Origin: Eledone cirrhosa
Taxonomy: Eukaryota
Reading direction: 5' to 3'
NCBI GenBank assembly: GCA_964016885.1
Contig: OZ024744.1
Span: 8,060,001-8,124,000 of the forward strand
DNA: 64,000 nt
Made by a program: the position numbers and the translations under genes. The notes beneath the pieces are model-generated. The model saw nothing but the letters and a program-made list of their open reading frames with translations. It was not told the DNA's origin and searched no databases. Shown here piece after piece: positions 28,301 to 43,200 of the stretch. Numbering within the stretch: the first letter of the stretch is position 1; each line of letters starts with the position of its first letter.

Positions 28301-31300
28301 ATTGGTAGTAATGGTAGAGGGTGTGATACCATACTAGGGTGGTGGACTGGTAGTATAGGTAGAGGGTGTGATACCACACTAGGGTGGTGGAGTGGTAGTA
28401 TTGGGTGAGGGTGTGATACCATACTAGGGTGGTAGATTGGTAGTATAGTTAGAGGGTGTGACACCATACTAGCGTGGTAGATTGGTAGTATTGGTAGAGG
28501 GTGTGACACCATACCAGGTGGTGGATTGGTAGTATAGGTAGAGGGTGTGACACCATACTAGTGTGGTGTATTGGTAGTATTGGTAGAGGGTGCGACACCA
28601 TACTAGGGTGGTGGATTGGTAGTATAGGTAGAGGGAGTGACACCATACTAGGGTGGTAGATTGGTAGTATTGGTAGAGTGTGTGACACCATACTAGGGCG
28701 GTGCGTTGGCAGTATAGGTAGAGGGTGTGACACCATACTAGTATGGTGGATTGGTAGTATAGGTAGAGGGTGTGATCCCATACTAGGTTGGTGGATTGGT
28801 AGTATAGGTAGAGGGTGTGACACCATACCAGGTGGTGGATTGGTAGTGTAAGTAGAGGGTGTGACACCATACTAGGGTGGTTGATTGGTAGTATTGGTAG
28901 CGGTTGTGACACCATACTAGGGTGGTAGATAGGTAGTATTTGTAGAGGGTGTGATACCATACTAGGGTGGTGGATTGGTAGTATTGGTATAGGGTGTGAC
29001 ACCATACTAGAGTGGTAGATAGGTAGTATTGGTAGAGGGTGTGATACCTTACTAGGGTGGTGGATTGGTAGTATTGGTAGAGGGTGTTATACCATAATAG
29101 GGTGGTGGATTGACAGTACATGTAGAGGGTGTGATACCATACTAGTATGGTGGATTGGCAGTATAGGTAGAGGGTGTGACACAATACTAGGGTGGTGGAT
29201 TGGTAGTATTGGTAGAGGGTGTGACACCATACTAGTGTGGTGGATTGGTAGTATTGGTAGAGAGTTTGAAACCATACTAGGGTGGTAGATTTGTAGTATT
29301 GGTAGAGTGTGTGACACCATACTAGGGTGGTGGATTGGTAGTATTGGTAGAGGGTGTGACACCATACTAGGTTGGTGGATTGGTGGTATAGGTAGAGGGT
29401 GTAACACCATACTAGGGTGGTGGATTGCTAGTATAGGTAGAGGGTGTGACGCCAAATTATGGTTGTGGATTGGTAGTATAGGTAGAGGGTGTGACACAAT
29501 ACTAGTGTGGTGGATTGGTAGTATAGGTAGAGGGTGTGATACAATACTAGGGTGGTAGATAGGTAGTATTGGTAGAGTGTGTGACACCATACTAGGGTGG
29601 TGGATTGGTAGTATTGGTAGAGGGTGTGAGACCATACTAGGTTGGTGGATTGATAGTATAGGTAGAGGGTGTGACACCATACTAGGGTGGTGGATTGGTA
29701 GTATTGGTATAGGGTGTGACACCATACTAGGGTGGTAGATAGGTAGTATTGGTAGAGGGTGTGATACCATACTAGGGTGGTGGATTGTTAGTATTGGTAG
29801 AGGGTGTGACACCATACTAGGGTGGTAGATTGGTAGCATTGGTAGAGGGTGTGACACCATACTAGGGTGGTGGATTGGCAGTATAGGTAGAGGGTGTGAC
29901 ACCATGTTAGGGTGGTAGATTGGTAGTATAGGTAGAGTGTGTGACAGCATACTAGGGTGGTGGATTGGTAGTATTGGTAGAGGGTGTGACACCATGTTAG
30001 GGTCGTGGATTGGTAGTATTGGTAGAGGGTGTGACACCATACTAGGGTGGTGGATTGGTAGTATACGTGGAGGGTGTGACACTATACTAGGGTGGTAGAT
30101 TGGTAGTATTGGTAGAGGGTGTGACACCATACTTGGGTGGGGGATTGGCAGTATAGGTAGAGGGTGTGACACCATGTTAGCGTGGTAGATTGGTAGTATT
30201 GGTAGAGCGTGTGACACCATGTTAGGGTGGTGGATTGGTAGTATAGGTAGAGGGTGTGACACCATACTTGGGTGGTGGATTGGTAGTGTAGGTAGAGGGT
30301 GTGACACCATACTAGGGTGGTGGATTTTAAGTATAGGTAGAGGGGGTGACACCATACTAGGGTGGTAGATAGGTAGTATTGGTAGAGGGTGTGACACCAT
30401 ACTAGGGTGGTATATTGGTAGTATTGGTAGAGGGTGTGACACCATACTAGGGTGGTGGATTGGTAGTATAGGTAGAAGGTATGACACCATACTAGGGTGG
30501 TGGATTGGTAGTATTGGTAGAGGGTGTGACACCATGCTTGGGTGGTGCATTGGTAGTATAGGTAGAGGGTGTGACACCATACTAGGGTGATAGATTGGTA
30601 GTATTGGTAGAGGGGGTGACACCATACTAGGGTGGTGGATTGGCAGTATAGGTAGAGGGTGTGACACCATGTTAGGGTGGTATATTGGTAGTATAGGTAG
30701 AGGGTGAGACAGCATACTAGGGTGGTGGATTGGGAGTATAGGTAGAGCGTGTGATACCATACTCGGGTGGTGGATTGGTAGTATTGGTAGAGGGTGTGAC
30801 ACCATACTAGGGTGGTAGATTGGTAGTTTAGGTAGAGGGTGTGACACCATGGTAGGGTGGTAGATTGGTAGTATTAGTAGAGGGTGTGACACCATACTAG
30901 GGTGGTGGATTAGTAGTATTGGCAGAGGGTGTGACACCATACTATGATGGTGGATTGGTAGTATTAGCAGAGGGTGTGACAACATACTAGGGTGGTGGAT
31001 TGGCAGTATAGGTAGAGGGTGTGATACCATACTAAGGTGGTAGATTGGTAGTATAGGTAGAGGGTGTGACACCATACTAGGGTGGTGGATTGCTAGTATA
31101 GGTAGAGGGTGTGACACCATACTAGGGTGGTAGAATGGTAGTATTGGTAGAGGGTGTGACACCATACTAGGGTGGTAGATTGGTAGTATAGGTAGAGGGT
31201 GTGATACCATACTAGGAAGGTGTATTGGTAGTATAGTTAGAGGGTGTGATACCATACTATGGTGGTGGATTGGTAGTATAGGTAGAGGGTTTGATACGAT

Positions 31301-34300
31301 ACTAGGGTGGTGTATTGGTAGTATAGGTAGAGGGTGTGACACCATACTAGGGTGGTAGATTGGTAGAATAGTTAGGGGGTGTGACACCATACTAGGGTGG
31401 TGGATTGGTAGTATTGGGAGAGGGTGTGACACCATACCAGGTGGTGGATTGGTAGTATAGGTAGAGGGTGTGACAACATACTCGTGTGGTGGATTGGTAG
31501 TATTGGTAGAGAGTGCGACACCATACTAGGGTGGTGGATTGGTAGTATAGGTAGAGGGAGTGACACCATACTAGGGTGGTAGATTGGTAGTATTGTTAGA
31601 GTGTGTGACACCATACTAGGGTGGTGGATTGGTAGTATTGGTAGAGGGTGTGACACCATACTAGGTTGGTGGATTGATAGTATAGGTAGAGGGTGTGACA
31701 CCATACTAGGGTGGTGGATTGGTAGTATAGGTAGAGGGTGTGACACCATACTAGTGTGGTGGATTGGTAGTATAGGTAGAGGGTGTGACAGCATAATAGG
31801 GTGGTGGATTGACAGTATTGGTAGAGTGTGTGACACCATACTAGGGTGGTAGATAGGTAGTATTTGTAGACGGTGTGATACCATACTAGGGTGGTGGATT
31901 GGTAGTATTGGTAGAGGGTGTGACACCATACTAGGGTGGTGATTGGTAGTATTGGTAGAGGGTGTGATATCATACTAGGGTGGTGGATTGTTAGTATTGG
32001 TAGAGGGTGTGACACCATACTAGGGTGGTGGATTGGCAGTATAGGTAGAGGGTGTGACACCATGTTAGTGTGGTAGATTGGTAGTATAGGTAGAGGGTGA
32101 GACAGCATACTAGGGTGGTGGATTGGTAGTATTGGTAGAGGGTGTGACACCATACTAGGGTGGTGGATTGGTAGTATTGGTAGAGGGTGTGACACCATAC
32201 TAGGGTGGTGGATTGGTAGTATAGTTAGAGGGTGTGACACCATGTTAGGCTGGCTGATTGGTAGAATTGGTAGAGGGTTTGACACCATGTTAGGATGGTG
32301 GATTGGTAGTTTGGGTAGAGGGTGTGACACCATACCAGGTGGTGGATTGGTAGTATAGGTAGAGGGTGTGACATCATACTAGGGTGGTGGATTGGTAGTA
32401 TAGGTAGAGGGTGTGACACCATACTAGGGTGGTGGATTGGTAGTATTGGTAGAGGGTGTGATACCATACTAGGGTGGTGTATTGGTAGTAATGGTAGAGG
32501 GTGTGATACCATACTAGGGTGGTGGACTGGTAGTATAGGTAGAGGGTGTGATACCACACTAGGGTGGTGGAGTGGTAGTATTGGGAGAGGGTGTGATACC
32601 ATACTAGGGTGGTAGATTGGTAGTATAGTTAGAGGGTGTGACACCATACTAGCGTGGTAGATTGGTAGTATTGGTAGAGGGTGTGACACCATACCAGGTG
32701 GTGGATTGGTAGTATAGGTAGAGGGTGTGACACCATACTAGTGTGGTGTATTGGTAGTATTGGTAGAGGGTGCGACACCATACTAGGGTGGTGGATTGGT
32801 AGTATAGGTAGAGGGAGTGACACCATACTAGGGTGGTAGATTGGTAGTATTGGTAGAGTGTGTGACACCATACTAGGGCGGTGCGTTGGCAGTATAGGTA
32901 GAGGGTGTGACACCATACTAGTATGGTGGATTGGTAGTATAGGTAGAGGGTGTGATCCCATACTAGGTTGGTGGATTGGTAGTATAGGTAGAGGGTGTGA
33001 CACCATACCAGGTGGTGGATTGGTAGTGTAAGTAGAGGGTGTGACACCATACTAGGGTGGTTGATTGGTAGTATTGGTAGCGGTTGTGACACCATACTAG
33101 GGTGGTAGATAGGTAGTATTTGTAGAGGGTGTGATACCATACTAGGGTGGTGGATTGGTAGTATTGGTATAGGGTGTGACACCATACTAGCGTGGTAGAT
33201 AGGTAGTATTGGTAGAGGGTGTGATACCTTACTAGGGTGGTGGATTGGTAGTATTGGTAGAGGGTGTTATACCATAATAGGGTGGTGGATTGACAGTACA
33301 TGTAGAGGGTGTGATACCATACTAGTATGGTGGATTGGCAGTATAGGTAGAGGGTGTGACACAATACTAGGGTGGTGGATTGGTAGTATTGGTAGAGGGT
33401 GTGACACCATACTAGTGTGGTGGATTGGTAGTATTGGTAGAGAGTTTGAAACCATACTAGGGTGGTAGATTTGTAGTATTGGTAGAGTGTGTGACACCAT
33501 ACTAGGGTGGTGGATTGGTAGTATTGGTAGAGGGTGTGACACCATACTAGGTTGGTGGATTGGTGGTATAGGTAGAGGGTGTAACACCATACTAGGGTGG
33601 TGGATTGCTAGTATAGGTAGAGGGTGTGACGCCAAATTATGGTTGTGGATTGGTAGTATAGGTAGAGGGTGTGACACAATACTAGTGTGGTGGATTGGTA
33701 GTATAGGTAGAGGGTGTGATACAATACTAGGGTGGTAGATAGGTAGTATTGGTAGAGTGTGTGACACCATACTAGGGTGGTGGATTGGTAGTATTGGTAG
33801 AGGGTGTGAGACCATACTAGGTTGGTGGATTGATAGTATAGGTAGAGGGTGTGACACCATACTAGGGTGGTGGATTGGTAGTATTGGTATAGGGTGTGAC
33901 ACCATACTAGGGTGGTAGATAGGTAGTATTGGTAGAGGGTGTGATACCATACTAGGGTGGTGGATTGTTAGTATTGGTAGAGGGTGTGACACCATACTAG
34001 GGTGGTAGATTGGTAGCATTGGTAGAGGGTGTGACACCATACTAGGGTGGTGGATTGGCAGTATAGGTAGAGGGTGTGACACCATGTTAGGGTGGTAGAT
34101 TGGTAGTATAGGTAGAGTGTGTGACAGCATACTAGGGAGGTGGATTGGTAGTATAGGTAGAGGGTGTGATACCATACTCGGGTGGTAGATTGGTAGAATT
34201 GGTAGAGGGTGTGACACCATACTAGGGTGGTGGATTGACAGTATAGGTAGAGGGTGTGATACCATACTAAGGTGGTAGATTGGTAGTATAGTTAGAGGGT

Positions 34301-37300
34301 GTGACACAATACTAGGATGGTGGATTGCTAGTATAGGTAGAGGGTGTGACACCATGTTAGGGTGGTGGATTGGTAGTATTGGTAGAGGGTGTGACACCAT
34401 AATAGGGAGGTGGATTGGTAGTATAGGTAGAGGGTGTGACACCATACTAGGGTGGTAGATTGGTAGTATAGGTAGAGGGTGTGACACCATGTTAGGGTGG
34501 TGGATTGGCAGTATTTGTAGAGGGTGTGACACCATGTTAGGGTGGTGGATTGGTAGTATTGGTAGAGAGTGTGATACCATAATAGGGTGGTGGATTGACA
34601 GTATAGGTAGAGGGTGTGACACCATACTAGGGCGGTGGGTTGGCAGTATAGGTAGAGGGTGTGACACCATACTAGTATGGTGGATTGGCAGTATAGGTAG
34701 AGGGTGTGATACCATACTAGTATGGTGGATTGGTAGTATAGGTAGAGGGTGTGATCCCATACTAGGTTGGTGGATTGGTAGTATAGGTAGAGGGTGTGAC
34801 ACCATACCAGGTGGTGGATTGGTAGTGTAGGTAGAGGGTGTGACACCATACTAGGGTGGTAGATAGGTAGTATTCGTAGAGGGTGTGATACCACACTAGG
34901 GTGGTGTATTGGTAGTATAGGTAGAGGGTGTGACACCATACTAGGGTGGTAGATTGGTAGTATAGTTAGAAGGTGTGACACCATACTAGGGTGGTGGAGT
35001 GGTAGTATTGGGAGAGGGTGTGATACCATACTAGGGTGGTAGATTGGTAGTATAGTTAGAGGGTGTGACACCATACTAGGGTGGTAGATTGGTAGTATTG
35101 GTAGAGGGTGTGACACCATACCAGGTGGTGGATTGGTAGTATAGGTAGAGGGTGTGACACCATACTAGTGTGGTGGATTGGTAGTATTGGTAGAGGGTGC
35201 GACACCATACTAGGGTGGTGGATTGGTAGTATAGGTAGAGGGAGTGACACCATACTAGGGTGGTAGATTGGTAGTATTGGTAGAGTGTGTGACACCATAC
35301 TAGGGCGGTGGGTTGGCAGTATAGGTAGAGGGTGTGACACCATACTAGTATGGTGGATTGGCAGTATAGGTAGAGGGTGTGACACCATACTAGTATGGTG
35401 GATTGGTAGTATAGTTAGAGGGTGTGATCCCATACTAGGTTGGTGGATTGGTAGTATAGATAGAGGGTGTGACACCATACCAGGTGGTGGATTGGTAGTG
35501 TAGGTAGAGGGTGTGACACCATACTAGGGTGGTGGATTGGTAGTATTGGTAGCGGTTGTGACACCATACTAGGGTGGTAGATAGGTAGTATTTGTAGAGG
35601 GTGTGATACCATACTAGGTTGGTGGATTGGTAGTATTGGTATAGGGTGTGACACCATACTAGCGTGGTAGATAGGTAGTATTGGTAGAGGGTGTGATACC
35701 TTACTTGGGTGGTGGATTGGTAGTATTGGTAGAGGGTGTGATACCATTATAGGGTGGTGGATTGACAGTATATGTAGAGGGTGTGATACCATACTAGTAT
35801 GGTGGATTGGCAGTATAGGTAGAGGGTGTGACACAATACTAGGGTGGTGGATTGGTAGTATTGGTAGAGGATGTGACACCATACTAGTGTGGTGGATTGG
35901 TAGTATTGGTAGAGAGTGTGACACCATACTAGGGTGGTAGATTGGTAGTATTGGTAGAGTGTGTGACACCATACTAGGGTGGTGGATTGGTAGTATTGGT
36001 AGAGGGTGTGACACCATACTAGGTTGGTGGATTGGTAGTATAGGTAGAGGGTGTGACACCATACTAGGGTGGTGGATTGCTAGTATAGGTAGAGGGTGTG
36101 ACGCCAAACTATGGTAGTGGATTGGTAGTATAAGTAGAGGGTGTGACACAATACTAGTGTGGTGGATTGGTAGTATAGGTAGATTGTGTGACACCATACT
36201 AGGGTGGTGGATTGGTAGTATTGGTAGAGGGTGTGACACCATACTAGGTTGGTGGATTGATAGTATAGGTAGAGGGTGTGACACCATACTAGGGTGGTGG
36301 ATTGGCAGTATAGGTAGAGGGTGTGACACCATGTTAGGGTGGTAGATTGGTAGTATAGGTAGAGTGTGTGACAGCATACTAGGGAGGTGGATTGGTAGTA
36401 TAGGTAGAGGGTGTGATACCATACTCGGGTGGTGGATTGGTAGTATTGGTAGAGGGTGTGACACCATACTAGGGTGGTAGATTGGTAGTATAGGTAGAGG
36501 GTGTGACACCATGGTAGGGTGGTAGATTGGTAGTATTAGTAGAGGGTGTGACACCATACTAGGGTGGTGGATTGGTAGTATTGGTAGAGGGTGTGACACC
36601 ATACTATGTTGGTGGATTGGTAGTATTGGCAGAGGGTGTGACACGATACTAGGCTGGTGGATTGACAGTATAGGTAGAGGGTGTGATACCATACTAAGGT
36701 GGTAGATTGGTAGTATAGTTAGAGGGTGTGACACAATACTAGGATGGTGGATTGCTAGTATAGGTAGAGGGTGTGACACCATGTTAGGGTGGTGGATTGG
36801 TAGTATTGGTAGAGGGTGTGACACCATACTAGGGTGGTGGATTGGTAGTGTAGGTAGAGGGTGTGACACCATACTAGGGTGGTGGATTGGTAGTATTGGT
36901 AGCGGTTGTGACACCATACTAGGGTGGTAGATAGGTAGTATTTGTAGAGGGTGTGATACCATACTAGGGTGGTGGATTGGTAGTATTGGTATAGGGTGTG
37001 ACACCATACTAGGGTGGTGGATTGGTAGTATTGGTAGAGGGTGTGATACCATAATAGGATGGTAGATTGACAGTATATGTAGAGGGTGTGACACCATACT
37101 AGTATGGTGGATTGGCAGTATAGGTAGAGGGTGTGACACCATACTAGGGTGGTGTATTGGTAGAGGGTGTGACACAATACTAGGGTGGTGGATGGTAGTA
37201 TTGGTAGAGTGTGTGAAACCATGTTAGGGTGGTGGATTGGTAGTATTGGTAGAGCGTGTGACACCATGTTAGGGTGGTGGATTGGTAGTATAGGTAGAGG

Positions 37301-37817
37301 GTGTGACACCATAACAGGTGGTGGATTGGTAGTATAGGTAGAGGGTGTGACATAATACTAGGGTGGTGGATTGGTAGTATAAGTAGAGGGTGTGGCACCA
37401 TACAAGGGTGGTGGATTGGTAGTATAGGTAGAGGGTGTGACACCATACTAGGGTGGTAGAATGGTAGTATTGGTAGAGGGTGTGACACCATACTAGAGTG
37501 GTAGATTGGTAGTATAGGTAGAGGGTGTGATACCATACTAGGGTGGTGTATTGGTAGTATAGGTAGAGGGTGTGACACCATACTAGTGTGGTGGATTGGT
37601 AGTATTGGTAGAGGGTGTGACACCATACTAGGGTGGTGGATTTTTAGTATTGGTAGAGGGTGCGACACCATACTAGGGTGGTGGATTGGCAGTATAGGTA
37701 GAGGGGTTGACACCATACTAGGGTGGTAGATTGGTAGTATAGTTAGAGGGTGTGACACCAAACTAGGGTGGTGGATTGGTAGTATAGGTAGAGGGTGTGA
37801 CACCATACTTGGGTGGT
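8212..37817. repeat. Large higher-order tandem duplication, 2 copies, period 14776 bp (329 monomers minus 29 bp)
   Basis: ORFs from 9361 to 21979 have identical partners at +14776 (9361/24137, 14311/29087, 18491/33267, 20639/35415, 21979/36755). The private SNP at 13630 recurs at 28406. The counted deletions (15+3+9+2 = 29) match 14805-14776. The match begins at 8212/22988 and ends at 23041/37817. Confidence 0.95.
8361..14486. repeat. Higher-order tandem duplication, 2 copies, period 3055 bp (68 monomers minus five 1-bp deletions)
   Basis: ORFs recur at offset 3055: 9361/12416, 9585/12640, 10214/13269, 10952/14007. The five deletions (~9426, ~9930, ~10324, ~10683, ~10997) account for 3060-5. 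I noticed one difference (10575 A vs 13630 T). The match ends at 11432/14487. Confidence 0.93.
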
Positions 37818-40234
37818 TTATTGGTAGTATAGGTAGAGGGTGTGACAGCATACTAGGGTGCTGGATTGACAGTATTGGTAGAGGGTGTGACACCATTCTA
37901 GGGTGGTGGATTGGTAGAATTGGTAGAGGGTGTGACACCATACTAGGCTGGTGGATTGGCAGTATAGGTAGAGGGTGTGATACCATACTCGGGTGGTGGA
38001 TTGGTAGTATTGGTAGAGGTTGTGACAGCATAAAAGGGTGGTAGATAGGCAGTATTAGTAGAGTGTGTGACACCATACTAGGGTGGTATATTGGTAGTAT
38101 AGGTAGAGGGTGCGACACCATCTTAGGGTGGTTGATTGGTAGTATTGGTAGAGGGTGTGACACCATGTTAGGGTGGTGGATTGGTAGTATTGGTAGAGGG
38201 TGTGACACCATGTTAGGGTGGTAGATTGGTAGTATTGGTAGAGGGTGTGATACCATACTAGGGTTGTAGATTGTTAGTATTGGTAGCGGTTGTGACACCA
38301 TACTAGTGTGGTAGATAGGTAGTATTTGTAGAGGGTGTGATACCATACTAGGGTGGTGGATTGGTAGTATTGGTATAGGGTGTGACACCATACTAGGTTA
38401 GTAGAGAGGTAGTATTGGTAGATGGTGTGATACCATACTAGGGTGGTGGATTGGTAGTATAGGTAGAGGGTGTGACACCATACTAGGGTGGTGGATTGGC
38501 AGTATAGGTAGAGGGTGTGACACCATACTAGTGTGGTGGATTGGTAGTATTGGTAGAGAGTTTGACACCATACTAGGGTGGAAGATTGGTAGTATTGGTA
38601 GAGTGTGTGACACCATACTAGGGTGGTGGATTGGTAGTATAGGTAGAGGGTGTGACAACATGTTAGGGTGGTGGATTGGTAGTATTGGTAGAGGATGTGA
38701 CACCAAACTAGGGTGGTGGATTGGTAGTATAGGTAGAGGGTGTGACACCATACTAGGGTGGTGGATTGGTAGTATTGGTAGAGGGTGTGACACCATACTA
38801 GTGTGGTGGATTGGTAGTATTGGTAGAGGGTGTGACACCATACTAGGTTGGTGGATTGGTAGTATAAGTAGAGGGTGTGACACAAAACTATGGTAGTGGA
38901 TTGGTAGTATAGGTACAGGGTGTGACATCATACTAGTAAGGTGGATTGGTAGTATAGGTAAAGGGTGTGACAGCATACTAGGGTGGTGGATTGACAGTAT
39001 TGGTAGAGGGTGTGACACCATACTAGGGTGGTAGGTAGGTAGTATTGGTAGAGGGTGTGATACCATACTAGGGTGGTGGATTGGTAGTATTGGTAGAGGG
39101 TGTGACACCTTACTAGTGTGGTAGATATGTAGTATTGGTAGAGGGTATGACACCATACTAGGTTGGTGGATTGGTAGTATAGGTAGAGGGTGTGACACCA
39201 TACTAGGGTGGTGGATTGGTAGTATAGGTAGAGGGTGTGAAACCATACTAGGGTGGTAGAATGGTAGTATTGGTAGAGGGTGTGATACCATACTAGGGTG
39301 GTGTATTGGTAGTATAGGTAGAGGGTGTGATACCATACTAGGGTGGTGGACTGGTAGTATAGGTAGAGGGTGTGATACCACACTAGGGTGGTGTATTGGT
39401 AGTATAGGTAGAGGGTGTGACACCATACTAGGGTGGTAGATTGGTAGTATTGGTAGAGGGTGTGACACCATACTAGGGTGGTAGATTGGTAGTATTGGTA
39501 GAGGGTGTGACACCATACCAGGTGGTGGATTGGTAGTATGAGTAGAGGGTGTGACACCATACTAGTGTGGTGGATTGGTAGTATTGGTAGAGGGTGCGAC
39601 ACCATACTAGGGTGGTGGATTGGTAGTATAGGTAGAGGGAGTGACACCATACTAGGGTGGTAGATTGGTAGTATTGGTAGAGTGTGTGACACCATACTAG
39701 GGCGGTGGGTTGGCCGTATAGGTAGAGGGTGTGACACCATACTAGTATGGTGGATTGGCAGTATAGGTAGAGGGTGTGATCCCATACTAGGTTGGTGGAT
39801 TGGTAGTATAGGTAGAGGGTGTGACACCATACCAGGTGGTGGATTGGTAGTGTAGGTAGAGGGTGTGACACCATACTAGGGTGGTGGATTGGTAGTATTG
39901 GTAGCGGTTGTGACACCATACTAGGGTGGTAGATAGGTAGTATTTGTAGAGGGTGTGATACCATACTAGGGTGGTGGATTGGTAGTATTGGTATAGGGTG
40001 TGACACCATACTAGCGTGGTAGATAGGTAGTATTGGTAGAGGGTGTGATACCTTACTAGGGTGGTGGATTGTTAGTATTGGTAGAGGGTGTGATACCATT
40101 ATAGGGTGGTGGATTGACAGTATATGTAGAGGGTGTGATACCATACTAGTGTGGTGGATTGGTAGTATTGGTAGAGAGTTTGACACCATACTAGGGTGGT
40201 AGATTGGTAGTATTGGTAGAGGGTGTGACACCAT

Positions 40235-43200
40235 ACTAGGGTGGTGGATTGGTAGTATTGGTAGAGGGTGTGACACCATACTAGGTTGGTGGATTGGTAG
40301 TATAAGTAGAGGGTGTGACACCATACTAGGGTGGTGGATTGCTAGTATAGGTAGAGGGTGTGACGCCAAACTATGGTAGTGGATTGGTAGTATAGGTAGA
40401 GGGTGTGACACCATACTAGTGTGGTGGATTGGTAGTATAGGTAGAGGGTGTGATACCATACTAGGGTGGTAGATAGGTAGTATTGGTAGAGTGTGTGACA
40501 CCATACTAGGGTGGTGGATTGGTAGTATTGGTAGAGGGTGTGACACCATACTAGGTTGGTGGATTGATAGTATAGGTAGAGGGTGTGACACCATACTAAG
40601 GTGGTGGATTGGTAGTATAGGTAGAGGGTGTGACACCATACTAGTGTGGTGGATTGGTAGTATAGGTAGAGGGTGTGACAACATACTAGGGTGGTGGATT
40701 GACAGTATTGATAGAGTGTGTGACACCATACTAGGGTGGTGGATTGGTAGTATAGGTAGAGGGTGTGACACCATACTAGGGTGGTAGATTGGTAGTATTG
40801 GTAGAGGGTGTGACACCATACTAGGGTGGTGGATTGGTAGTATTGGTAGAGGGTGCGACACCATACTAGGGTGGTGGATTGGCAGTATAGGTAGAGGGTG
40901 TGACACCATACTAGGGTGGTAGATTGGTAGTATAGTTAGAGGGTGTGACACCATACTAGGGTGGTGGATTGGTAGTATAGGTAGAGGGTGTGACACCATA
41001 CTTGGGTGGTTTATTGGTAGTATAGTTAGAGGGTGTGACAGCATACTAGGGTGCTGGATTGACAGTATTGGTAGAGGGTGTGACACCATTCTAGGGTGGT
41101 GGATTGGTAGAATTGGTAGAGGGTGTGACACCATACTAGGGTGGTGGATTGGTAGTATAGGTAGAGGGTGTGACACCATACTAGGGTGGTAGATTGGTAG
41201 TATTGGTAGAGGGTGTGACACCATACTAGGGTGGTGGATTGGCAGTATAGGTAGAGGGTGTGATACCATACTCGGGTGGTGGATTGGTAGTATTGGTAGA
41301 GGGTGTGACAGCATAAAAGGGTGGTAGATAGGCAGTATTAGTAGAGTGTGTGACACCATACTAGGGTGGTATATTGGTAGTATAGGTAGAGGGTGCGACA
41401 CCATCTTAGGGTGGTGGATTGGTAGTATTGGTAGAGGGTGTGACACCATGTTAGGGTGGTGGATTGGTAGTATTGGTAGAGGGTGTGACACCATGTTAGG
41501 GTGGTGGATTGGTAGTATTGGTAGAGGGTGTGATACCATACTAGTGTTGTAGATTGTTAGTATTGGTAGCGGTTGTGACACCATACTAGTGTGGTAGATA
41601 GGTAGTATTTGTAGAGGGTGTGATACCATACTAGGGTGGTGGATTGGTAGTATTGGTATAGGGTGTGACACCATACTAGGGTAGTAGAGAGGTAGTATTG
41701 GTAGATGGTGTGATACCATAATAGGGTGGTGGATTGACAGTATATGTAGAGGGTGTGATACCATACTAGTATGGTGGATTGGCAGTATAGGTAGAGGGTG
41801 TGACACCATACTAGTGTGGTGGATTGGTAGTATTGGTAGAGAGTTTGACACCATACTAGGGTGGTAGATTGGTAGTATCGGTAGAGAGTTTGACACCATA
41901 CTAGGGTGGTAGATTGGTAGTATTTGTAGAGTGTGTGACACCATACTAGGGTGGTGGATTGGTAGTATAGGTAGAGGGTGTGACAACATGTTAGGGTGGT
42001 GGATTGGTAGTATTGGTAGAGGATGTGACACCAAACTAGGGTGGTGGATTGGTAGTATTGGTAGAGGGTGTGACACCATACTAGGTTGGTGGATTGGTAG
42101 TATAAGTAGAGGGTGTGACACCATACTAGGGTGGTGGATTGCTAGTATAGGTAGAGGGTGTGACGCCAAACTATGGTAGTGGATTGGTAGTATAGGTAGA
42201 GGGTGTGACACCATACTAGTGTGGTGGATTGGTAGTATAGGTAGAGGGTGTGATACCATACTAGGGTGGTAGATAGGTAGTATTGGTAGAGTGTGTGACA
42301 CCATACTAGGGTGGTGGATTGGTAGTATTGGTAGAGGGTGTGACACCATACTAGGTTGGTGGATTGATAGTATAGGTAGAGGGTGTGACACCATACTAAG
42401 GTGGTGGATTGGTAGTATAGGTAGAGGGTGTGACACCATACTAGTGTGGTGGATTGGTAGTATAGGTAGAGGGTGTGACAACATACTAGGGTGGTGGATT
42501 GACAGTATTGATAGAGTGTGTGACACCATACTAGGGTGGTGGATTGGTAGTATAGGTAGAGGGTGTGACACCATACTAGGGTGGTAGATTGGTAGTATTG
42601 GTAGAGGGTGTGACACCATACTAGGGTGGTGGATTGGTAGTATTGGTAGAGGGTGCGACACCATACTAGGGTGGTGGATTGGCAGTATAGGTAGAGGGTG
42701 TGACACCATACTAGGGTGGTAGATTGGTAGTATAGTTAGAGGGTGTGACACCATACTAGGGTGGTGGATTGGTAGTATAGGTAGAGGGTGTGACACCATA
42801 CTTGGGTGGTTTATTGGTAGTATAGTTAGAGGGTGTGACAGCATACTAGGGTGCTGGATTGACAGTATTGGTAGAGGGTGTGACACCATTCTAGGGTGGT
42901 GGATTGGTAGAATTGGTAGAGGGTGTGACACCATACTAGGGTGGTGGATTGGTAGTATAGGTAGAGGGTGTGACACCATACTAGGGTGGTAGATTGGTAG
43001 TATTGGTAGAGGGTGTGACACCATACTAGGGTGGTGGATTGGCAGTATAGGTAGAGGGTGTGATACCATACTCGGGTGGTGGATTGGTAGTATTGGTAGA
43101 GGGTGTGACAGCATAAAAGGGTGGTAGATAGGCAGTATTAGTAGAGTGTGTGACACCATACTAGGGTGGTATATTGGTAGTATAGGTAGAGGGTGCGACA

